Shown here: piece by piece, positions 1-7,244 of the stretch
How positions within the stretch are numbered: position 1 is the first letter of the stretch
Layout of the letters: every line of letters starts with the position of its first letter
DNA from: Verrucomicrobiota bacterium
Lineage (GTDB): Bacteria; Verrucomicrobiota; Verrucomicrobiia; Limisphaerales; UBA9464
Assembly (NCBI GenBank): GCA_043755815.1
Contig: JAYUSF010000086.1
Coordinates: 1 to 56,852, forward strand
Direction of reading: 5' to 3'
DNA length: 56,852 nt
Notes under the pieces: model-generated
The model's input: only the letters and a program-made list of their open reading frames with translations
The model's database searches: none
What the model was told of the DNA's origin: nothing
Made by a program: the position numbers and the translations under genes

Positions 1-96
1 CACAGGCCAGGGCATAGGAAACCACGCTGCCGCCGCTCGGCGGCACCTGTCCACCATGTCCCCGCACACCCGTCCACCATGTCCCAAGTCCATACA
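1..96 (+). mobile_element. Probable right end (IRR) of an IS481-family insertion sequence; the rest lies left of the window
   Basis: Tandem 14-bp direct repeat GTCCACCATGTCCC at 49-62 and 72-85, ending in ...GTCCATACA at 96. Repeated ..CCATGTC.. boxes with a terminal ACA are typical of IS481 ends. No transposase is visible in the window. Confidence 0.6.
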
Positions 97-124
97 GCGA
101 GGCGGAGAGGGCAGGGGTGGGGGG
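97..124 (-). repeat. Half of a CCCCTCACCCC/CCCTCTCCC-type REP-like element upstream of DUF559
   Basis: GCGAGGCGGAGAGGGCAGGGGTGGGGGG reads CCCCCCACCCCTGCCCTCTCCGCCTCGC on the reverse strand, matching the 625-670 element in inverted orientation. Confidence 0.75.
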
Positions 125-174
125 TTCGTCCTCCGACTTGCCACACGCCCTCGTGTTCCCAAACGCCCGCCGCC

Positions 175-621
175 ATGCCGCTCCGCAACCACAACGAATT
201 CTCCCGCCGCCTTCGCCGCGAACAGACGGCGGAGGAAAGGGGCCTGTGGAAGGATCTTCGCAGCCGCCGTTTTGCCGGCTTCAAGTTCCGTCGCCAGCAC
301 GAGGTCGCGCCCTACTTTTTGGATTTCTTCTGCCCGCTGGCCAAGCTGGCCGTGGAATTGGACGGCTTCGGTCACGGCCTGCCCGGACAACGGGGACACG
401 ACACAGAGCGCGACGCCTGCCTCGCGGCCAAGGGCATAGAATTGCTGCGCATCTGGAACCTGGATTGGAGCCGGAACCGCGAAGGCTGCCTGCTGGAAAT
501 CTGGGCGGCCCTGACGCGCCGGGTGCCGGCGGAGGAACTCGCGCAGCTCGACACGGCCGACGCGCATTTCGTTCCCCCGAAGGAAGGTGACATCCTGCGG
601 TCAAGCCGGGGGCCACGGTGA
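175..621 (+). CDS. DUF559 / Vsr-like (PD-(D/E)XK) endonuclease domain protein
   Basis: Motifs SRRLRREQT.EE..LW..LR.RRF.GFKFRRQH...PYFLDFFC...KLAVELDG.GH......D.ERD..L...GI.LLRIWN. ATG at 175 was chosen over the ORF start at 79, which lies in the IS end. Confidence 0.9.
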   Translation: MPLRNHNEFSRRLRREQTAEERGLWKDLRSRRFAGFKFRRQHEVAPYFLDFFCPLAKLAVELDGFGHGLPGQRGHDTERDACLAAKGIELLRIWNLDWSRNREGCLLEIWAALTRRVPAEELAQLDTADAHFVPPKEGDILRSSRGPR

Positions 622-624
622 AGA

Positions 625-670
625 CCCCTCACCCCAGCCCTCTCCCCTCTTCCGCGGAAGGGAGAGGGAG
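625..670 (+). repeat. REP-like element (CCCCTCACCCC tail + CCCTCTCCC..GGGAGAGGG hairpin)
   Basis: CCCCTCACCCCAGCCCTCTCCCCTCTTCCGCGGAAGGGAGAGGGAG is 43/46 identical to the copy at 31972-32017. Confidence 0.85.
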
Positions 671-712
671 TCAACTCGACCACGACCACCTAGCCGGACG
701 CCGACCCGACGA

Positions 713-1438
713 TCAGTCCGATTCCCCCAGGTTCCGGCGCACCAAGGCCCGGAGGGCGACCGGGCTGAGCACGGTGATCACGCGGCCCTTCACGGTGATC
801 AGACGCCGTTCGCGGAACTTCGCGAGCGTGCGCGAGAGGGTTTCGCTCACGGTGCCGAGTTCGGCCGCGATCTCCCGCTTGGTGATCCGCAGGTCGATGG
901 GACACGGCTCGGTGGCGGCCGGATTCGGGCACCGTTTCACCAGCCAGTGGGCGAGGCGCGTCTCGACGTCGCGCAGGGTCATGTCCTCGATCTGCCCGAT
1001 GAGCACCCGCAGGTGCGAACTCATGGAGCCCAGCATCCGCAGGGCGAGTTCCGGGCTGCGCCGGAGCAGCGCCAGAAACCCCGCCTTTTGCACGAGCAGA
1101 ACCTGCGAAGGCTCGATCGCGCGGGCGTCCGCCGGGTAGCCGCGGTCCGTTGCCAGCGTGGCTTCGGCGAAGGATTCGCCCGGCCGGAAGACGTGGATCG
1201 ACTGTTCCTTTCCGGCCGCCGTCACGCGGTGGACGTTGACCGCGCCGCTCTGGACGACATAGCAGCCGTGCGCCGGTTCGCCTTCGTGGAAGAGATAGTC
1301 CCCCTTCGCCAGCGGCTTGACGGCGATCAGTTCAGCAATCGCCTCCAGGTCCGCGGGCGGCAGGCCGCTGAACAGCTGGCATGACCGCAGCGTGTTGAGG
1401 ATGACGGCCTGCTTGAATTCGGAGTGCGATGGAGGCAC
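713..1438 (-). CDS. Crp/Fnr family transcriptional regulator
   Basis: cNMP-binding fold (LFHEGE..., G.SFAE, YPADARA) and C-terminal HTH (ITKREIAAELGTVSETLSRTL). Confidence 0.93.
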   Translation of the reverse strand: MPPSHSEFKQAVILNTLRSCQLFSGLPPADLEAIAELIAVKPLAKGDYLFHEGEPAHGCYVVQSGAVNVHRVTAAGKEQSIHVFRPGESFAEATLATDRGYPADARAIEPSQVLLVQKAGFLALLRRSPELALRMLGSMSSHLRVLIGQIEDMTLRDVETRLAHWLVKRCPNPAATEPCPIDLRITKREIAAELGTVSETLSRTLAKFRERRLITVKGRVITVLSPVALRALVRRNLGESD

Positions 1439-1580
1439 GTCCGGAATCTAGCGATCCGGACCGCGCTGGGAACCGTTATTGGGCCTGGCGCCCGACAAAG
1501 GTCCATCGCCCACACACCGTGGAAAGCAAAGGGCGCGAACGAAGGTTTATCCGTCGTTCGCGCCCCTCACGGAGATGAAA

Positions 1581-3044
1581 CTACACCTTTGCCGGAACCA
1601 CGAACGGCTTCCGGTATTCGCGGGTCAGCATTTCGTTCGCCTTCCGGCTGTTGGTGAACCGTTCCTTCTTGGGGTTCATTTCGAGGAACTCGCCGAGCGC
1701 CAGCGGCGTGGCGGCGATGTCCACCTCGTTGGCCGCGAGATGCGCGGCCATGCGTTCGAAGGTCGCGTTCGCGGCCGGATTGCTCTTCAGCCGGTCCTTG
1801 ATCGCTTCGGGGGCGAGCTTCTGGCCGAGCCGCACGCTGACGTTGCCGGTGTGGCAGAGGGCGCTCGACAGATGGCCTTCGAGGATGTCGGCGTTGAGGT
1901 CGGTGTGCTTCCGGGAGCGCATCGCGGCGTAGAAGTTTTCGTAGTGATCCTTCGCACCGGACCACTTCTTGATCTCGTTGCCGGACTTGTCCGTGGCGAT
2001 GGCGGCCGAATAGTTCGGCACCAGCACGTCGCCGTTTTCGCACTCGATGATGACCGCGACACTGCCGCCGCGATACTTGTCCATCTGCTTGGCGCCCACC
2101 TTTTCGGGCAAACCCCGAACCTCGAAGATCAGCGGGGCCTTGGCGTAGTCGTGGAAGACGAACTGGGTGTTGGGCGTTTCGCCGTCGTCCACATAACCGA
2201 GCCGGCCGCCCACGCTGAAGACACGCGGGCTGAGCTCCATCTCGCCGAGGAACCAACGCGCGATGTCCATCTGGTGGATGCCCTGGTTGCCGAGGTCGCC
2301 GCAGCCGGTGTCCCAGACCCAGTGCCAGTCGTAGTGCAGCTTGGAGCGCATCAGGGGCTTCATCGGCGCCGGGCCGCACCAGAGATCGTAGTCGATCTGG
2401 GCCGGAATCGGAGTCGCGGCGGTCACCTTGCCGATGCTGTTGCGCGGCTTGTAGCAGAGGCCACGGGCGACCTTGATCTTGCCGAGGTTGCCAGCGCGGA
2501 CCCATTCCACGGCCTCCTTGATGGCCTGGCTGGACCGGCTCTGCGTGCCGGTCTGGACGATCTTTCCATATTTGCGGGCGGCCTCGACGATCTTGCGGCC
2601 TTCCCAGACGTTGTGGGAAACGGGCTTCTCGAGATAGACATCCTTGCCGGCCTGCACCGACCAGATGGCGCCAAGCGCGTGCCAGTGGTTGGGCGAAGCG
2701 ATGGAAATGGCGTCGATGTCCGGGTCTTCGAGCAGTTTCCGGAGGTCGCGGTAACCGGTGACCTGGTCGCCCTGCTTCTCGAAGTCCGCGACGCCCTTGG
2801 CGAGGACTTCGGAATCCACGTCGCACAGTGCGACGATGCGGACCTTGTCGCCCTTCTTGCGCAGGCTGCGAACTCCGCCGATGTGGTCGGCGCCGCGGCC
2901 GTTGAAGCCGACGACGGCGACGCGGATCTCATCGTTGGCGCCGATCACGCGCGACGCGGACGCGGCGGTGAGGAAACTGGGAGTGGCAAGGGCCGCCGCG
3001 GTGAGCGCGGACGTTTTGAGGAAGTCACGACGAGTGGTGTTCAT
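1581..3044 (-). CDS. Tat-exported Gfo/Idh/MocA family oxidoreductase
   Basis: TRRDFLK Tat signal; VAVVGFNGRG, PNHWH, YLEKP, GTQSRS and DYDLWCGPAP motifs. Confidence 0.92.
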   Translation of the reverse strand: MNTTRRDFLKTSALTAAALATPSFLTAASASRVIGANDEIRVAVVGFNGRGADHIGGVRSLRKKGDKVRIVALCDVDSEVLAKGVADFEKQGDQVTGYRDLRKLLEDPDIDAISIASPNHWHALGAIWSVQAGKDVYLEKPVSHNVWEGRKIVEAARKYGKIVQTGTQSRSSQAIKEAVEWVRAGNLGKIKVARGLCYKPRNSIGKVTAATPIPAQIDYDLWCGPAPMKPLMRSKLHYDWHWVWDTGCGDLGNQGIHQMDIARWFLGEMELSPRVFSVGGRLGYVDDGETPNTQFVFHDYAKAPLIFEVRGLPEKVGAKQMDKYRGGSVAVIIECENGDVLVPNYSAAIATDKSGNEIKKWSGAKDHYENFYAAMRSRKHTDLNADILEGHLSSALCHTGNVSVRLGQKLAPEAIKDRLKSNPAANATFERMAAHLAANEVDIAATPLALGEFLEMNPKKERFTNSRKANEMLTREYRKPFVVPAKV

Positions 3045-3095
3045 GGCGTGGAGGTGATGGAATTTGGAACGCAGGAAGGCAGGAAGCCGTTTTTC

Positions 3096-3401
3096 TTAAT
3101 GCAGCTTACGGGGATCGTAATCGGGATTGGGTTGCGGTTCGGAAATCAGACGCGGCTTCTCCGTCAGCCAGAAGGCCACCGCAAGCCCGCACCACAGCGG
3201 CTGAAGCAACAGCAAGACGGCACATAACCACTCCAAGAAGCCGAATGATTGAGGCCAGCCATTGCATAACGGGAGCGACGCAGTTAGGGCGACAAACAGC
3301 CAGATCACCGAGAGAAAACCGAAGAACCGTGCCCGAGGCCGGAGCACAACCCGACTTGTGACCCAGCCTCCGTTGGCAGCGATGCTCACGGATGATTTCA
3401 T
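3096..3401 (-). CDS. Small hypothetical membrane protein
   Basis: Two hydrophobic segments. Its ATG (3401) overlaps the TGA of the duplicated PmoA 3' end (ATGA overlap). Confidence 0.55.
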   Translation of the reverse strand: MKSSVSIAANGGWVTSRVVLRPRARFFGFLSVIWLFVALTASLPLCNGWPQSFGFLEWLCAVLLLLQPLWCGLAVAFWLTEKPRLISEPQPNPDYDPRKLH

Positions 3402-3449
3402 TTCGCGGCTTTCACCCATAATTCAAACGCCGCGGCGACGTTCGCCTGC
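3398..3449 (-). repeat. Diverged copy of the last 52 bp of the PmoA-family gene (3748-3799)
   Basis: 45/52 nt identity; encodes QANVAAAFELWVKAAK* versus QANVAAAFEEWVKGAK*. Confidence 0.85.
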
Positions 3450-3483
3450 TTCAAATGGACTGAGCGGCGGTTTGAATCCAAGT

Positions 3484-3676
3484 GCGCTTTCCCCTCACCC
3501 CGTTGCTCTCCCCGAAGGAGAGGGAGAATGTCGTTGCGGTGTGGGAATCCACAGGCCGTGGGTTTCGATTCAGCGAGGGTTTTCGCTGTCTTCGTCAGTC
3601 TGACCGATAAACAGGCCAAGTGTTTGCGGGCTGCCCCCTCTCCCCCAGGGCGAGGGCCGGGGTGAGGAGGAAACGC
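3484..3676. repeat. Inverted REP doublet (CCCCTCACCCC family), no cargo gene
   Basis: CCCCTCACCCCGTTGCTCTCCCCGAAGGAGAGGGAGA (3491-3527) and the inverted CCCCCTCTCCCCCAGGGCGAGGGCCGGGGTGAGGAGG (3634-3670). Confidence 0.8.
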
Positions 3677-3747
3677 GGGTAGCGGAACACCGCCGCACAG
3701 TTCGCCCGTGCATTCGTTGGAACCATCACCCCGTTCTCCGTCCCATC

Positions 3748-4770
3748 TCATTTTGCGCCCTTCACCCATTCTTCAAAGGCCGCGGCAACGTTCGCCTGCG
3801 TGGTGTCGCCCTGGTGGAAGATCATCCGGTAGCGGAACGTGGCGCTCTGGCCGTTGGGAATCTTGAGGTCGCCGGTGCCCTTCTCCTTTTTCTCAAAGTC
3901 GTGGAGGCCGAACGGATTCGCGGCGAACAGACCGTAGTCGCGCACATGCCACCAGGTCGGGTAGCGCGGGTTGGACGGATGATCGAACATGGCGACGCCG
4001 ACCGTTTTCGCGCCGACCGGGCCGTGGTAGTCCACCCACTTGGCGCGTTTGCCCCACGTTTCGCCGTCCTTCACGCCCTCGGAATTCACGATGTGCCCGA
4101 GGCCGGGTTTGTTCTTGGGCTGGGTAAGCCGCATGGATTCGGCGAGGCGGATGGCCATGGTGCCCTCCTTCGTGTCGCCGAGCACGAGGTCGCCGTTCGA
4201 AGCGAAGATGGTGACTTCGAAATCCACCGTGCGTTCCGTGCCGCGCGGGCGATGGAAGCGCAGCGTGCGTTCGTCGGAGGCGATGACCTTGCCGTCTTTC
4301 GCGATCCACCGGTTCCGGGTGGTGAGCGAGCCGGTGTTCGCGCCTGACTTCAGGTCGGCAAACGACTGGTGAACCGTGCGGCCGGCTTTGTCGGTCTCGC
4401 TCCAGAAATCCTGCCCGTTGGCCTCACCGTGTGACCACCAGACGGAGTGATGGTGCGGATGATCCCGCTCCTCGCCGCCGGGATCGGCCTGGGGCCACTG
4501 CCGCGTGAAGTGCTCGCCGTCGGGGCCAAGCACGGGAAACAGGAACGGCCGCGAAACGTCGCGGAAGTGGTATTCGGTGAAGAGCTGGCCGTTCAGTTCC
4601 ACGCGGACGACATCGTTCGTCTCGAACAGACGGACGCCCGCCACGGGAGCGCTTCGTGCCGGTGCAATCTTGGTTCGACCGGAATGTTCCGGAGCCGAAC
4701 AGCCGACACCCCAAAGCAACAGCAGCGAGCCGCCCAATGCGGCAGCGAAACGAAACGACACGGGGAACAT
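3748..4770 (-). CDS. PmoA family / DUF6807 protein, probable lipoprotein
   Basis: DHPHHHSVW, DFW, WVDYHG, FDHPSN, WHVRDYGLFAANPFG motifs; lipobox-like GVGC. Confidence 0.85.
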   Translation of the reverse strand: MFPVSFRFAAALGGSLLLLWGVGCSAPEHSGRTKIAPARSAPVAGVRLFETNDVVRVELNGQLFTEYHFRDVSRPFLFPVLGPDGEHFTRQWPQADPGGEERDHPHHHSVWWSHGEANGQDFWSETDKAGRTVHQSFADLKSGANTGSLTTRNRWIAKDGKVIASDERTLRFHRPRGTERTVDFEVTIFASNGDLVLGDTKEGTMAIRLAESMRLTQPKNKPGLGHIVNSEGVKDGETWGKRAKWVDYHGPVGAKTVGVAMFDHPSNPRYPTWWHVRDYGLFAANPFGLHDFEKKEKGTGDLKIPNGQSATFRYRMIFHQGDTTQANVAAAFEEWVKGAK

Positions 4771-4843
4771 GCTGTGGCCAAAATGCCGCCCGGCGTCGCG
4801 CAGGGTCAACGGTTTTGTCCGGGCGCTCTGCCAAGGACACGAG

Positions 4844-5572
4844 TCACGTCAGTGCGAGCCGGACGACGCGGGCGAGTCGAACCGAACCCGGGGTGTCGCC
4901 ATGCAAGCAGAGCGTGCGCGGCTTCAGCTTCAGCAGGGTGCCGGTGACGCTGGTCCAACCGCCGTGTTCCCGCAGCGAACGGACCCGTGCCGCCGCTGCG
5001 GCCGGATCGGACAGCACCGCGCCCGGTTGACCCCTCGGCACCAGCGAGCCGTCCTCCCGATACGCCCGGTCCGCGAACGCTTCTTCCCAGACCGGCACGC
5101 CCAGTTTGCGCCCCAGCGCCGCCACGCGGCCGCCGGCCAGCGCGTAGAGCGGCAGTCCGCAAAAAAGACGCCCGATCGTCTCGACATAGCACCGCCCGAG
5201 CGCGGGGTCGTGTTCCACCGCGTGGTAAAGTGAACCATGCAGTTTCACATGATGCAGCCGAACCCGGTGAACTTCGGTCAACCGATGGAATGCGCCCACC
5301 TGATGCAGCAGCAACGTTCGCAGTTCACTCGGAGTGAGCCGGACTTCGCCGCGACCCAATGCGCCGGCCAGACCCGGGTGCGCGCCGAGCCGCACGCCAA
5401 GTCCCTTAGCCAACAGGACACAGCGTTCCATCGTGGTGGCGTCACCCGCATGAACGCCGCAGGCCACGTTGACGCTGGTGACGTGCCGCATCAGGGCGCG
5501 GGTCCGCGCCCACGGTTCGCCTTCGCCGAGGTCGCAGTTGAGGTCCAGCGTCACGGCGGAAGGAAACCGCAA
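4844..5572 (-). CDS. pxpA: 5-oxoprolinase subunit A (LamB/YcsF family)
   Basis: DLNCDLGEG, NVACGVHAGD, GAHPG, HVKLHGSLY, EAFADRAY, TLCLHGDTP. Confidence 0.92.
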   Translation of the reverse strand: MRFPSAVTLDLNCDLGEGEPWARTRALMRHVTSVNVACGVHAGDATTMERCVLLAKGLGVRLGAHPGLAGALGRGEVRLTPSELRTLLLHQVGAFHRLTEVHRVRLHHVKLHGSLYHAVEHDPALGRCYVETIGRLFCGLPLYALAGGRVAALGRKLGVPVWEEAFADRAYREDGSLVPRGQPGAVLSDPAAAAARVRSLREHGGWTSVTGTLLKLKPRTLCLHGDTPGSVRLARVVRLALT

Positions 5573-5605
5573 AGTCGCGCCGACGCGAAGTGGGGAAATC
5601 GCGCC

Positions 5606-7153
5606 TCAGGCCAGCGCCACGAACCGGACCGGCTGACCCGGACGGCACTGGGCGAGGCGGGGCAAGTCCGCGGAATCAACCAGCCCGAGCTTCGGATAAC
5701 CCCCGATCGTCGGGCCGTCGGGCATCGTCACGACGGGCTGCCCGCCCGCTGGAACCTGAATCGAACCGGGGAGGACCGGTTCCGAAATGAGCTCCGCGGG
5801 TTCGGGTTTCAGGGTTGGGCCGGTGAGGCGGTAACCCACGCGGTCGCACTGGCTGGAAACGGTCCACTCGCCGGCGAAGAACCGCTCGCGGTCCGCCGCC
5901 GAGAACGAATCCCACTGCGGGCCGGGCCAGACCCGGAGGGGCGACGGATCCCTCAGGTCGGGCGTTTCATTGCGGGGAACGCTGCGGCCCGCCACGGCGC
6001 TCGGCAGCCGGAACGAGGACTGGAACTGGACGCCCAGTTGATCGCCGGCGAACAGAGTTCGCCCAATGCCGGCGCGGGGATTGGCGCTGAGCGAACCGAG
6101 GACCGCTTCGCCTCCGAAGCCGCCGGGAATTGCCAGATACGTCCAGACGCCAGCCGGTCCGGGCGGAAATTCGAGCACTTCACCAGCCCGCACCCGGAAC
6201 GCGGAATTCCGTTCGCGCCCGCGCGGTGCGCTGGCACCGGTGACGGCGCACCAGTTGTCCGCCAGCACTTCCACCCGCTGGCCTTGCAGGCACAGTTCGA
6301 GCACGGCGGCGGACTCGGGATTGTCGAGCAGCCGGTTGGCCCAGATGCCCGCCACCGGATCCATTGCTCCGCCAGTGGGGACCCCAAAACGGCCGAAGCC
6401 AGGACGACCGTGGTCCTGCACGCTGAGGCCGGTTCCGGGTGAAATGATTTGCAGGCGAGGCAAGACGATTGGAGCGGCGGCGGCCGGATCATCCGCCGTG
6501 GCAGGAGCCAATCCAGCTTCGGGACGGAAGCGGATCCGATCGCCCGCCCGCAGCCGGAACATGGTTTCCCACGAGGCCGCCCGCGGAACAAAGAGCGGCT
6601 CGCGGGTCGTGCCAATCAGGTTCCAACCGCCAGGGCTCGCGATGCTGTAGATGCCGGTGTGCTCGCCACCGATGGCGACGCTGCCCGCGGGCACCCGCGG
6701 GCGCGGCGACGCGAGCCGGGGCGTGCGCAGCCGCGGGTCGAGTCCGCCCAGATAGGGAAAGCCCGGCGCAAAACCGAGGCAATGGACACGATAGATCGCC
6801 GCGGAGTGACGCTCGATCACGTCGGCGGCGGACAGTCGCGCTTGATCGACCACCCGTCCGAGGTCGGGTCCGTCGTAGGACACCGGAAGTTCGACCAACC
6901 CGTCTTGCCCGGCCGGATCAGCACCGGACTGCCAAGTTTCGCACGCGGCGCGCAACGCGGCTTCGCCGGGCATCGCTCCGGCCCGGAAACGCAGCAGCAG
7001 CGTCGTGAAAGCGGGGACGAATTCGGCAAGGCCGGGCAGGGGGTTCCGTTCCAACCCGGCCACCAGTCGCCGAGCCGACACAAAGGCCGCTTCGTCCACC
7101 CGGTCGGCGAAACGAAGCAGCCAAGCGTCCGGACCATAGCGCGTCAGCGTCAT
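5606..7153 (-). CDS. Fused 5-oxoprolinase subunits B+C (PxpB-PxpC, KipI/KipA-like)
   Basis: N-half: V.YDGPDL, GFAPGFPYL, PR.RVPAGSVAI, SPGGWNLIG. C-half: VQD.GR.G, G.MD, GSIQVP..GQP, D.PTIGGYPK. Adjacent to pxpA. Confidence 0.9.
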   Translation of the reverse strand: MTLTRYGPDAWLLRFADRVDEAAFVSARRLVAGLERNPLPGLAEFVPAFTTLLLRFRAGAMPGEAALRAACETWQSGADPAGQDGLVELPVSYDGPDLGRVVDQARLSAADVIERHSAAIYRVHCLGFAPGFPYLGGLDPRLRTPRLASPRPRVPAGSVAIGGEHTGIYSIASPGGWNLIGTTREPLFVPRAASWETMFRLRAGDRIRFRPEAGLAPATADDPAAAAPIVLPRLQIISPGTGLSVQDHGRPGFGRFGVPTGGAMDPVAGIWANRLLDNPESAAVLELCLQGQRVEVLADNWCAVTGASAPRGRERNSAFRVRAGEVLEFPPGPAGVWTYLAIPGGFGGEAVLGSLSANPRAGIGRTLFAGDQLGVQFQSSFRLPSAVAGRSVPRNETPDLRDPSPLRVWPGPQWDSFSAADRERFFAGEWTVSSQCDRVGYRLTGPTLKPEPAELISEPVLPGSIQVPAGGQPVVTMPDGPTIGGYPKLGLVDSADLPRLAQCRPGQPVRFVALA

Positions 7154-7244
7154 CGCAACCAAAGTGACGGGACGCACGTGGGATGGCCAGCCGGAGTCCC
7201 GGCCGTCGGGGCGGGTTGGTGGCCGACCCCGACGATGGCTTCCG

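Noticed and set aside
1479..3227. 582-aa plus-strand ORF
   Set aside because: Antisense shadow of the Gfo/Idh/MocA gene, common in high-GC DNA.
3398..3769. 123-aa minus-strand ORF
   Set aside because: It reads through a REP doublet into the duplicated PmoA tail, so it is not an independent gene.
3748..4770. Methane monooxygenase function from the PmoA family name
   Set aside because: It is a soluble lipoprotein-like sequence with no pmoB/pmoC; the family name is misleading.
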